Source of the DNA: Glaucostegus cemiculus
Taxonomy: Eukaryota
DNA: 64,000 bases
Assembly: GCA_976551045.1 (NCBI GenBank)
Contig: CDPCPM010000073.1
Span: 34,286,001-34,350,000 of the forward strand
Reading direction: 5' to 3'
How positions within the stretch are numbered: position 1 is the stretch's first letter; each line of letters starts with the position of its first letter. A program made the position numbers and the translations under genes. A model generated the notes under the pieces. It was not told where the DNA came from. It ran no database searches and worked only from the letters and a program-made list of their open reading frames with translations. Shown here one piece after another: positions 1 to 11,811 of this stretch.

Positions 1-21
1 TTACCTCCATTTCAAGTATAT

Positions 22-703
22 CAAGAAATTGGACTTCAGGAAGGGGAAGTCAGGAGGACACACACCAGTCCGCAAGTTCCTGGGCGTCAGCATCTCAGAG
101 GGTCTACCCTGGGCCCAATGTGTTGACGCAGTCACGAAGAAAGCACGCCAGTGGCTCTACGTTGTTAGGAGTTTGAGGAGATTTGGTATGTCATCAAAGA
201 CTCTTGCAAATTTCTACAGATGTATGGTAGCGAGTATTCTGACGAGTTGCAGCACCACCTGGTATGGAGGCTCCAATGAGCAAGATCAAAAGGGGCTGCA
301 GAGGGTTGTAGACTCAGCCAGCACCATCACGGGCACAACCACCCACCCCCCCCCCCCAGCCATTGAGGATGTCTTCAAGAGGTGGTGCCTCAAGGAGGCA
401 ACATCCATCATTAAGGACCTTCACCACCTGGGACATGCCCTCTTCACATTACTACCATTGGCGAGGAGGTACAGGAGCACAAAGACCCACACTCAACGTT
501 TCAGGAACAGCTTCTTTCTCTCTGCCATCAGATTTCTGAACAGTCCATGACCCATGAACATGACCCCATTATTCCTCTTTTGCACTATTTATTTATTTTT
601 GTAACTGAGTAATTTTTATGTCTTTATGCCTCGCACCGTACCGCTGCCACAAAACAACAAATTTTATGACATATGTCAGTGATAATAAACCTGATTCTGA
701 TTC
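22..703 (+). mobile_element. 3' fragment of a Rex/Babar- or L2-like non-LTR retrotransposon (RT C-terminus plus tail)
   Basis: ORF 29-550 has KFLGVSISEGLPW...KKARQWLYVVRSLRRFG...RFRNSFFLSAIRFLN; ends in AATAAA-cctgattctgattct tail. Confidence 0.8.
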
Positions 704-939
704 TATCCCTCCTTAACTAAGACTAAAACTGTCTGTATCCATTACTCCAGGTGCACTCTCTCCAACTTCCTGTACAGCTGCAACAAGACTCATCTAGTTT
801 TATTCTCCTTCCACTTTCCAATACCTGTCGAATCTTGTCGCTTCTAGTTGGCTGTGACCTCCTGACTGTAATTTCGATTATTAGTCCAACTAAGAATTGA
901 CAGTTGCCCCAAATAAACTACAAAACCTGGAGAATCACT

Positions 940-1655
940 AAGTGTGGAGGAACAGAGGGATCTTTGGGTCCACGTCCATATATCCCTCAAGATTGCCGTG
1001 CTGGTGGATAGGGTTGTTCAGAAGGTATACAATGTGTTGATCTTCATTAGTTGGGGGACTGAGTTCAATAGCCATCAGGTGATGTTGCAGCTTTATAGAA
1101 CTCTGGTTGGATCACACTTAGAGTATTGGGTTCAGTTCTGGTCACCTAGTTATAGGAAGAATATGGAAGCTTTAGAGAGGGTGCAGAGGAGATTTACTAG
1201 GATGTTGCCTGGATTGGAGAGCATGTCTTATGAGGATAGGTTGAGTGAGCTAGGGCTTTTCTCCTTGAAGAGAAGGAGGATGAGAGGTGACTTGATAGAG
1301 GAGTACAAGATGATAAGAGGCATAGATCGAGTGGACAGTCAGAGACTTTTTCCCAGGGCAAAAATGGCTAACACAAGGGGACATAATTTTAAGGTGATTG
1401 TTGGAAGGTATAAGGGGGATGTCAGGGGTATGTTTTTTTACACAGAGAGTGGTGGGTGTGTGGAACGCACAGCTGGCAGAGGTTGTGGGGGCAGATACAT
1501 TAGGGACATATAAGATCCTCTTAGATAGCCGCATGAATGATAGAGAAATGGAGGGCTATGTGGGAGGGAAGGGCTCCACAGATCTTAGAGAAGGATAAAA
1601 TGTCAGCACAACGTTGTGGGCTGAAGGGCCTGTACTGTGCTGTCGCAGTTCTATG
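940..1655 (+). mobile_element. CR1 LINE 3' fragment
   Basis: EEQRDLWVHVH...HLEYWVQFWSP...LERVQRRFTRMLPGL...RGDLIE; 3' tail gggctgaagggcctgtactgtgctg...ttctatg. Confidence 0.9.
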
Positions 1656-2149
1656 ATATTACCACTTGTCTATTAACCAACATTTTCCCTCTATGGCAAA
1701 ATAGCTTCTGCATTGTTTCACCTTTTAGGGGGAAACATTGGGAGAGACATGTACTGTCCTTGTCCGGAGCCCACCCTGACGTTTGCACTATCTGTGCTCA
1801 AGTTGTAGAGGGGCTGGTCAGAATCGTCCCAGTCAGTTCCGTACTTGCTGATGTTGAATGTAATGTTAAGTTAACACAAACAGTTTCTGGATAGTTTTCT
1901 TTAACCCTTTCGTGGAGACCTGGGTGGCTTACATTCCCTTCACAATGAGGCATCGGTGATAATTCTACATCCCCTCCACCCCCCTTGCTCCTTGGGTGTC
2001 ACTCCACTCAATGGCCTGAGAGGTTAGATCAGAGTATGGTCATATACACCAGAGTGCAATGAAATTCCTTGCTTGCATGAAGCTCACAGAGTAAACAATA
2101 TTCCTGGTAATAATAAACAGAACAATAAATGCAGCAATGAGCGTTAAAC

Positions 2150-2760
2150 AGCAGAAAGTTGCAAATGAATCCGGCTTTCTCGCAAACCTGGACATTACAG
2201 TTCAGATCAGGTTCCCAGCTGGCAGTGTCCCGTGTCAGCTGAGCAGCAGACCGGACCGTGCGTTCGATGCCCACAACCCAGAAGATCCTGACATCACACA
2301 ACATCACAATGTGACCTCAGGAGAGCCACCAGCAGGTAAGGTCCACCGCACCCTCCCCCTCCTCTTAACCCGCACAGGCCACCGGTTTAATGGGGCGGGT
2401 ATTGAACAACCGGCTGGTTTATTCCTGGGAGTCTGTTTATTGCTCCGCGCAAAGAAATGACAAATGAGTATAATTAGTTGTAAACCCCTGTCTATATAGT
2501 TCACCTCTTGCAGCTTCTTCGGTTAGCTCTGGTTAATTGTGTCGGTTCTGTTTGTAGGCTGCGACTGTGATCCTACCAAGGATTAACATTGTGAAAGTGA
2601 TGCTGCGCGCAAACCCGTAACCCGGAGTTGGGCAGGAGCCAGGGTTTGCACCGGGTCAGGCAAGTAACCGCGAACACGGCGAATGGACTCTATCACCACT
2701 CAACCGGTGGACCTTAAACGCGCCTTCACCGGCGTTCCTTGAAGGATCTTTGTCATTTGC
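2150..2760 (+). promoter_or_regulatory. CpG-enriched segment with strong donor; candidate promoter or first non-coding exon of the NAGA-like gene
   Basis: Local excess of CpG, GGGGCGGG box near 2391, donor CAG|GTAAGG after 2335; link to the downstream gene is inferred. Confidence 0.35.
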
Positions 2761-2926
2761 GTTGGAATTTCTGAGAAGATGTTGACATGACCCTTATCCC
2801 CCAAGGTGGTGGACACAAAGCATAAAGGTGAAGGAATCTGTTCCTAAGTGAATGTGTGTGAGATGCAATGAGAGTGTCAGGTTTGATATAGACCCCAGGG
2901 CAGAAACAATCAGCTTACACCGTGAT

Positions 2927-3140
2927 CACGTCACAATGGCAACATGACGTCACAAATGACAGCATGACATCACAATGGCAACATGATATCACAATGGCAA
3001 CATGGCATCACAAATGACATGACACCATAATGACAACATGACATTACAAATGACAACATGACACAGAATGACATTACATCATAATAAACACATGAGATCA
3101 CAATGACAACATGACATCACAAATGACAATATGACATCAC
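2927..3140. repeat. Degenerate 19-20 bp tandem repeat (catgacatcacaatggcaa-like)
   Basis: About ten visible units; one perfect TGACGTCA at 2945-2952 and several TGACATCA. Confidence 0.85.
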
Positions 3141-4545
3141 AGACTGGCTTGTCACGATTTTTCCCCTGTCCACATTAAAGTTAAACGTGGGTTGTCACCA
3201 CGTTTCGTGGGCTTTTGAAGGGGTATAAATCATTCGTCATGGAGATACCAGGGACCAGGACAGTTCCTCCAATCGGAAGCGCACATGCCAGCAATGATCC
3301 CCACCCGTGCCATGCCCTGCCATCCATTTCTCTGCCCGGGGATGTAGGAGCTGGAGAAGAATTTACCTCCTGAGAGCAGGGGACGTTTAAGTGCAGAGCT
3401 AGTCTGATCAGACATCCAATTCAACCACCCCTCCCTGCCCTGATTTCTCACTTTAAACCAAATGCACCAGAGAATGTTTTAAAAAACCCTCTGGGTGAAG
3501 CAGTGAGCTTAGCAGCAGTTTTCAAATTTAACCCAGAGTGTGTGGGTTAAATTTGCCAAGCAGGTTAGACAAGTGTAAGAGTGTCAGTAGCAGCACCAGG
3601 CTTTTCCTGATCCACTGGCTCCCCTTGTTAGAATTCATTGAACTTAATTGCTGCAATCAGGAAGTAAGGTCAAATATTTTTATGAGTCTATAAGCAATGG
3701 AAGCTTAATACTAACATTGGGTAAAACATAAATTTACCACTATAAAAGTCCAACATGGTGAAGCCTCTGACTGCAGCAGAGGTGGAGGGTGGCTGCCTGG
3801 CTGCTGAAATGCTCCTGGTGGATAACTTCTGGAGCTGGTGAAGTCCCCTCTTGTGGCACTGCTCTTCCTGCACTGGTGCAGGGCAGCATGTTGGATTCAA
3901 ACTGAGAGAAGATGTTCACTGAGAAATGGAAGCATTATGATCAGAGGCCACTGCTTCCAGGTCCTTGGTACCACTTCCCCCTCCTGGCCCTTCTATACCT
4001 CCCAACTAGCATTGAGCTGTTGTGCACTTTGCTGAAGGTCAGTGGGATACTGTTGGGTCAAGATTAGCCTGCACCTAATGCATTCTTTGTTGCTGCTGTG
4101 GCTATAAGGCTTCTGAGGTACCTGGATCCAACTGAACAGAACTTGGACAATACCGACCATTTTATTAAAGGCAGCATTCACAATCTCCAAGTCCTCATCG
4201 AAGATCTGCCAGCACACATTGGATTGTCACATGCAGACAGACACTCTTTCTACATACTATTGCCATGACCTGCAGCACCAAGGCATCATGTACCTCATGC
4301 CCCTCATTCTTGAGGACACTTCAAGCCTCTCCACAAGAGTGGACAGTGTGGACACAGTGCCTCATGCATCCCGACGCATCCTCTTGCTCTTTTCTCCTGA
4401 GGTGCGGCATCTTTATTCATTTGAGCAAGAGTTGGAGGATCCTCTGTCCTGCGACGGGGGCTCACTGCGCCTGCTCCTGTCTCCACCATCCACTCCTTCT
4501 CATTGGCAATGCATCCCACAATCCATGCTACGGAGCTCATTAATC

Positions 4546-4645
4546 GTCCTGATGAAGGGCCTCAACCTGGAACGTCGACTGTCCATTTCTCTCCATAGAT
4601 GCTGCCTGACCTGCTGAGTTCCTCTGGCATTTTGTGGGTGTTGTA
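4546..4645 (+). mobile_element. Penelope-derived short repeat with degenerate hammerhead motif
   Basis: gtcCTGATGAagggcctcaacctGGAACGTCgac followed by gatgctgcctgacctgctgagttcctc. Confidence 0.65.
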
Positions 4646-5269
4646 GTTAAGTATTGCCACTATACTAAAATTACTACTATTAAAAACATCCAAAGTTGTT
4701 CACACGAATGTTAACTAATGAAACTTGACTAAGTCACTTTGGGGAAATATAATGGCTCAACCAAGCACTTGGTCAAAGAGGCAGATTTTTAAGGATAGTC
4801 TTAAAGGAAGAAAATGAGGTGAAAAGGCTTAGGGAAGGAATTCCAGATCTTAGGGCCTGGGCTGCGGAAGGCATGGCCGCCAGTGAGGAAGTGATCAGAG
4901 GGGGGGAATATGTAAGTGGCCCAAACTGAAAGGATGCAGATATCTGAGAGGGTTGCAGGGTTGGAGGAGTTGGTGTCCATTACGAGAGCTGAGACTGGTT
5001 TGAAAAAAAGAATGAGAATTCTGCAATCAATGTCCTGCACAACTGAGCGCCAGGTTCAGAGGCTCTTGAGGTGATTGGGGTTAATGGCAGCAGCATTTTG
5101 ACAACTAAGTTTATGGGGACCGAACTACGGGATTGGAACAATCAAGTTAGGAGGTACAAGGGCTTGGCTGAAGGTTTCAGAATAGGTGAGCTGAGGCGGG
5201 TGATGTTACTGACAAAGTACAGTTTAGTACATTGGAGAGTGGGGAAAGGGTTAACAGATTGTTTGTCAC

Positions 5270-7068
5270 TTCACTCTTTAAGAAGGGAGGGAGGCAAAGG
5301 GCAGGAATTTATAGGCCAGTTAGCCTGACTTCAGTGACTGGTAAGATGTTAGAGTCCATTATCAAGGATGAGGTTTCGGGCTACTTGGAAGCACATGATA
5401 AAATAGGCTGAAGTCAGCATGGGTTCCTTCAGGGGAGATCTTTCCTGACAAATCTGTTGGAATTCTTTGAGGAAGTAACAGGCAGGATAGACAAAGGCGA
5501 GTCAGAAGGCCTTTGACGAGGTGCTACACATGAGGCTGCTAAACAAGATAGAAGCCCATGGTATTACAGGAAAGGTACTAGCATGGATAGAGGACTGGCT
5601 GACTGGCAGAAGGCAAAGAGTGGGAATAAAGGGAGCGTTTTCTGGTTGGCTGTGGTGACTAGTGGTGTTCCGCAGGGAACAGTGTTGGGTCCGCTACTTC
5701 TCACGTTATATACTAATGATCTGGATGACGGAATGGAGGGCTTTGTGGCCAGGTTTATGGATGATACAAAGATAGGTGGAGGGGCAGGTAGTGTTGAGGA
5801 AGCAGGGAGTCTGCAGAAGGACTTGGACAGGTTGGCAGAATGGGCAAAGAAGTGGCAGATGGAATACAGTGTAGGGAAGTGTATGATCATGCACTTTGGT
5901 AGAAGGAATAAAGGCGTAGATTATTTTCTAAACGGGGAGCAAATTCAGAAATCGGAGGTGCAAAGGGACTTGGGAGTCCTAGTGCAGGATTCCCTAAAGG
6001 TTAACTTGTAGGTTGAGTCAGTAGTAAGGAAGACAAATGCAATGTTAGCATTAATTTTGAGAAGACTAGAATATAAAAGCAAAGATGTAATGCTGAGGCT
6101 TTGTAAGGCATTGGTCAGACCACATTTGGAGTATTGGGAGCAGTTTTGGGCCCCATATCTAAGGAAGGATGTGCTGGCATTGGAGACGGTCCAGAGGAGG
6201 TTTACAATATCCCAGGAATGAAAGGGTTAATCTGTGAGGAGCATTTGATGGCTCTGGGCCTGTACTCGCTGGAGTTTAGAGAGATGAGAGGGGATCTCCG
6301 TGAAACCTACCGAATATTGAAAGACCTGGATAGCGTGGATGTGGAGAGGATGTTTCTAGCAGTGAGAGAGCCAAGGACCAGAGGGTACAGCCTCAGAACA
6401 GAAGGATGTCCCTTTAGAATAGAGATGAGGAGGAATTTCTTTAGCCAGAGGGTGGTGAATCTGTGGAATTCATTGCCACAGACGGCTGTGGAGGCCAAAT
6501 CATTGGGTATATTTAAAGTGGAGGTTAATAGGTTCTTGATTAGTAAGGGTGTCAAAGGTTACAGGGAGAAGGCAGGAGAATGGGGCTGAGAGGGAAAATT
6601 AAATCAGCCATGATCGAATGGGGGAGCAGACTTGATGGGCTGAATGTGTCATGATTCTGAGTACTGGCCCTTGATTTGGTTCCTTAGATGCCTCGTTGTA
6701 CAGCACATGGATTCCATGCTGGACTGATTGCAGAATGACACACACCTGAGCCCCATCAGGGGCCTAGAATAAGTACCTGGGTTTCTGTAGCACTAGTTGC
6801 CAGAGTACTGGTCAATTTTTGGGTTTACTTTGGTTCCTAGCTGTTTAGAGTGGTCCTCTCTAGTCCTGCTTGAAGAGTCAGTTTGTGTTGGGATTACTAC
6901 TCTGATCTCTGAGGCAAGATTTCCTTCCAGTGTTGCCTGTGTCCAGTCCTGAGGGAGTATCCTGACTCCAGTCTTGTACCAGTGTGCTACATTTGGGTTC
7001 TCTGAGCTTGCTCTTCAATCAGCATTGTGACAGAATGGCCTGATTCTGCTCCTGTGTCTTATGGTTTT
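5270..7068 (+). mobile_element. CR1 LINE RT region and 3' tail, interrupted by a solo LTR
   Basis: SGVPQGTVLGPLL, FMDDTKIGG, RRNFFSQRVVNLWNSLP motifs with frameshifts; tail split at 6646/7033. Confidence 0.9.
6647..7032. mobile_element. Solo LTR (386 bp) with 5-bp target-site duplication
   Basis: Starts TGTCATGAT, ends ATTGTGACA (TG...CA, terminal inverted repeat); GAATG at 6642-6646 and 7033-7037; removing it restores the CR1 tail. Confidence 0.85.
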
Positions 7069-7441
7069 ATTCTGCCTGGAGTGGGACAGCTGGATAGCAA
7101 TTCCTCCAAATATTTCTACATGATGGCATTTCATGACTCAACAACAGTTTTGGGTCCATTAGTCCCAATTACTAAATGAGCTGAGGATAAGCAGTGACTA
7201 CACAGTTCATATTGGACAGGATATGAACTGTATTTTGGTCTTTCATTTAATTAGTTATTTAATGTCAAAGTAGTAATTTCCCAAAAATTTTATGGGCCTT
7301 TGGTCAAGCTGTATCAGGGAACTCAAAACATTGGAAAAAAACTGTCTGGTTGGATATCCATAACACTCCTATCCCACTACTACTTCTAAACCTATTAATA
7401 ATTAATTGGTATTAATTATTTGTATCACCACTAGTATTTTT

Positions 7442-9955
7442 AGAACCATAGAACAATACAGCACAAAACAGGCCCTTTGGCCCACCAAGTTGTGCCATCC
7501 TTCAAATGTCTCACAAACTAACTCTTTCCTCCCACATATCTGACTATTCCACATTCTTCCATGTGCCTATCCAACAATCTCTTGAACCTGTCCAACGTAT
7601 CTGCCTCTACTATCACCCCAGGTAACTCATTCCATGTGCCAACCACTCTCTGGGTGGAAAACTTCCCTCTGACATCTCCCCTAAACTTTCCACCCAATAT
7701 CTTAAAGCCATGCCCTCTCGTCTTGTGCATCTGCACTCTGGGAAAGAGGTGCCGGCTGTCAACTCTATCTATTCCTCTCAATATCTTATACACCTCTATC
7801 AAGTCCCCTCTCATCCTCCTCTTCTCCAATGAGTAGAGCCCTAGCACCTTAAGCCTCGCCTCATATTCCATACCCTCTAATCCAGGCATCATCCTGGTAA
7901 ATCGCCTCTGTGCCCTCTCCAACGCCTCCACATCCTTCCTATAATGTGGCGACCAGAACTGAACACAATACTCTAAGTGAGGCCTAACTAGAGTTTTGTA
8001 AAGTAGCATCATCACCTCTCTGCTCTTGAACTCAATCCCACGATTTATAAAAGCTAACATCCCATAAGCCTTCTTAACTGTGAGGCAACTTTGAGTGAAC
8101 TGTGGATATGAACCCCCTAGATCCCTCTGCTCCTCTACACTGCCAAGTACCTTACCATTCACCTCGTACTCTGCCCTGGAGTTTGTCCTCCCAAAGTGCA
8201 CCACCTCACACTTCTCCGGATTAAACTCCATCTGCCACCTGTCCACCCAGCTCTGCATCCTATCAATATCCCTCTGTAAGCTCCAACAGTCCTCCACACG
8301 ATCCACCACACCGCTGATCTTGGTGTCATCCGCAAACTTACCAACTCATCCTTCCACTCCTGCATCTAAGTCATCTATAAATATAACAAAGAGTAGAGGT
8401 CCCAGAACCGATCCCTGTGGGACACCACTAGTCACAGCCCTCCAATCCGAAGGCACTCCCTCCGCCACAACCCTCTGCTTTCTACAGGAAAGCCAATTCC
8501 TGATCAACACAGCCAAACTCCCCTGGATGCCTTGACCTCTGACCTCCTGAAGAAGCCTGCCATGAGGAACCTCATCGAACGCCTTACTAAAATCCATATA
8601 GACTACATCCACTGCACTGCCCTCATCAAGCTTCCTCGTCACCTCCTCAAAGAATTCTATCAGGCTCGTGAGGCAAGATCTTCCCTTCACAAAGCCATGC
8701 TGACTGTCCCTAATCAGTCCGTGACTCTCCAGGTGTTTATAGATCCTATCCTTCAGAATCCTTTCTAACAGCTTACCCACCACAGACGTGAGACTCACCG
8801 GTCTGTAATTTCCCGGACTATCCCTACTACCTTTCTTAAACAAGGGAACAACATCCGCTACCCGCCAATCCTCCGGCACCATCCCCGTAGACAACGAGGA
8901 CTCAAAGATCCTCACCAGTGGATCAACAATCTCCTCCCTCGCCTCTCAAAGCAGCCTGGGGAATATTCCGTCAGGCCCCGGAGACTTATCCATCTTGATA
9001 TTATTTAACAATTTCAACACCTCCTCCCTCTCGATAGCTACATACTCAAGAACATTACCCTTACCAGCACATCCAGACCCCTCTCCATGGTGAATACGGA
9101 AGAGAAGTATTCATTTAGAACCTCCCCTACTTCTGCTGCCTCCAGGCACATCCTCCCACCTTTATCCTTAATCGGACCTACCTTCACCCTAGCCATCCTT
9201 TTGCCCTTCACATATGAGAAAAAAGCCTTGGGATTTTCCTTAACCCTACTAGCCAACATCCTTTCATGTCCCCTTCTAGCTCTCCTCAGCTCTTTCTTAA
9301 GTTCCTTCCTGACTATACTATATTCCTCACGGGCCACGTCCAAGCCTTGCACCGCTTACACCTTACATAAGCCGCCTTCTTCCTCCTAACCAGATGTTCC
9401 ACCTCTCTCGTCACCCATGGTTCCTTCACCCTGCCATTCCTCCTCTGTCTCACCGGGACATATTTATCCCTAATATCCTGTAAAACATCCCTGAACAATA
9501 TCCACATCTCTACAGTACACTTCCCCTCAAAAAGTACTTCCCAATTTACACTCCCAAGTTCTCTCCTTATAGCCTCATAGTCTTCCCTTCCCCAATTAAA
9601 TATCTTCCTGTCCTCTCTGCACCTATCCCTGTCCATGACAATTCTAAAGCTTATTGAGCAATGATCACTGTCCCCCAAATGCTCAGCCACCAGTAGATCC
9701 CTCACCTGTCCCGGTTCATTTCCTAAAACCAGATCCAACACCGCATTCCCTCTAGTCGGCCTGTCAACATACTGCGTCAGAAATCCATCCTGGACAGACT
9801 TAACAAACTCGCTCCCATCTAAACCTTTGGCACTGAACATGTCCCAGTCTATATTCAGGAAGTTGAAATCCCCCATTATTACAACCCTGTTATTTTTGCT
9901 TCTGTCCAAACACTGCCTGCCAATCTGCTCCTCTATATCTCTACTGCTAAAGTGG
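7442..9955 (-). mobile_element. CR1 LINE ORF2 (partial endonuclease plus RT), 5'-truncated and frameshifted
   Basis: [62 protein letters not shown] across ORFs 9313-9990, 9038-9352, 8346-8915, 7518-8309. Confidence 0.95.
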
Positions 9956-10131
9956 GGGCCTAAATTAAAGTCAGCTGGTAATATTGCCATTTTTGAAGTG
10001 AGGGATATTTGACCTAAAATGAGACAGGAAATTTTGAACTAAAATTAAGAGCATGATAAAAATGGGATAAAGAAAATAAAACTCATTATAGAGCAAAATC
10101 TGTTTTTTTTTGCTGTTTTTTGTTAATGCAG

Positions 10132-10267
10132 GAGCAATTTGCTCATTGTTGCTGGTGGCTAGGGTCTATAGTTTCAATGTTTGGTGTAGATTTTGCAGTT
10201 GAAATCATGGGTCTTTGCCATCATTAAGACAGTCACCAATGTTATATTTGACATAGTGACCAACAAG
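10132..10267 (+). other. Candidate non-coding 5' UTR exon of the NAGA-like gene
   Basis: T-rich tract ending ttaatgcag| and donor AAG|GTAAGG; the ATG-containing exon also starts at an acceptor (11633/11634), implying upstream exons. Confidence 0.45.
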
Positions 10268-10816
10268 GTAAGGTAATATACATTTGAGCTAATTGACTGC
10301 TTCTTAGGAAAATAACTCACCTGCAACATGTATTGGGGGGGTGCGAGGGGCACTTCTGCACAGCAAAAATATTTTCATGGTAATGAAGAACACAGTTTAC
10401 TGATTTTAAATGTTTTGTTAATTTAAGAAAAAACTTCCGTAAAAATTTTCTATTCTAATTTGAATTATTTAGCTGCAATCCGGCACTTTTTTGCGTATTG
10501 CTCCAGATTCCAGTATCTGCAGAATTCTTTGTGAACACAGTCAAAGATTTTTGAAGAATTTTTCAGAAATCAGGAAGTTTCTGAGGACATTTAAATAGTA
10601 TGGCTCAGACTCTGCCTGAAGGATATGTCTTCACATCTCTCTGCAACTTTGATCCCAAATCTCAACTCTGTTTCTCTCCCTACTGATGCTGCTTGATTGG
10701 CTGAGCACTTCCAACATTCTCTGTGTGGTTTTTAAGGATCTCCAGCATCTGCAGTTCTTTCCTCCAAAACCCTCTGGATAATGTTCTTTCTGATTTTGAG
10801 GGCAAGTCCAGTCTTG

Positions 10817-11220
10817 ACGTACAAGATGTTGAAAGGAATGGACCAAGTGAATGTGGTCAAGCTGTTTCCCTTGGTGGAATCCAGGACTAGAGGACACAAA
10901 CTTAGAATTAGAAGAAGCAGGTTCAAAACAGAGATAAGGAGGAATTTCTTTAGCCAGAGGGTGGTGAACCTGTGGAACTCCTTACCACAGAAAGCAGTGG
11001 AAGCCAGATCATTGGGGATATTCAAGAAGGAAATAGATAGATATCTAATTGGTCAAGGTATCAAGGGATATGGAGATAAGGCAGGGATTTGGACTTAGAA
11101 TAGTAGTTTTTTTTTTCTTAACCTCTTTATTTCCCCACCCTCCCTTCCCTTTGGAGCAGACTCGATGGGCCGACTGGCCTGCTTCTGCTCCATTATCTTG
11201 TGATCTTGTGATCTTGTGAT
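10817..11220 (+). mobile_element. CR1 3' fragment with (cttgtgat)n tail
   Basis: YKMLKGMDQV...RGHKLRI...RRNFFSQRVVNLWNSLP; 8-bp tail repeats near 11197-11220. Confidence 0.85.
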
Positions 11221-11644
11221 CTAATATGTTGTCACTTTCAATTCCACACAGGTCAACGACAGCTTGCCACTGACTTGCTGGGTGGATTGCTGACGTGCAG
11301 TAAGTGGCAATTTCTCTTGAGGTCAGTGGTGAACACGTTCTGCTCATTACTGACTGCAAAATCTGGGCCTGTAGGTTTCTAGCACACTTAAGTCTTTTGG
11401 GAATGTCAGGAGAGCAGGTAAAACAGATGATGTAAGAAAATGCTCTGTGTGAAGATTTGTATGTGTTCTGTAGAAGGCTTGTGTGTGGCTGGCTTGCGAA
11501 GTCACTAAAAGACTGTCAAATGATTTTCATTATAAATTTTAACAAGTCCTTTGAGATTTTCCTTCTGTTTTGGACATTCTGTTCTAATCATAGGTTCAGC
11601 TGAAAGAATTTTATGGAAATGTATTTTTTCCAGAGAGGGTCTTA

Positions 11645-11811
11645 ATGCACCGTGGAATATTTGTCATCTTAGTAGCCTTCTTCCTGACACTAGTTGGGCC
11701 ATGTCAGCCGCTGGATAATGGTTTGGCAAGAACACCCCCAATGGGTTGGATAGCCTGGGAACGCTTCAGGTGCACGACAGATTGCAACTCATACCCTGAC
11801 CACTGCATTAG
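11645..11811 (+). CDS. NAGA: NAGA-like coding exon 1
   Basis: [55 protein letters not shown]; donor AG|GTAGGC. Confidence 0.92.

Noticed and set aside
2927-3140. CRISPR-like repeat
   Set aside because: Degenerate tandem units without spacers; no cas genes; vertebrate context.
3700-4540. Possible coding exons or Harbinger-type transposase remnant
   Set aside because: Several short overlapping ORFs but no motif I could recognise and no consistent splice phases.
7442-9990. Active LINE or host reverse transcriptase gene
   Set aside because: 5'-truncated and broken into four frames.
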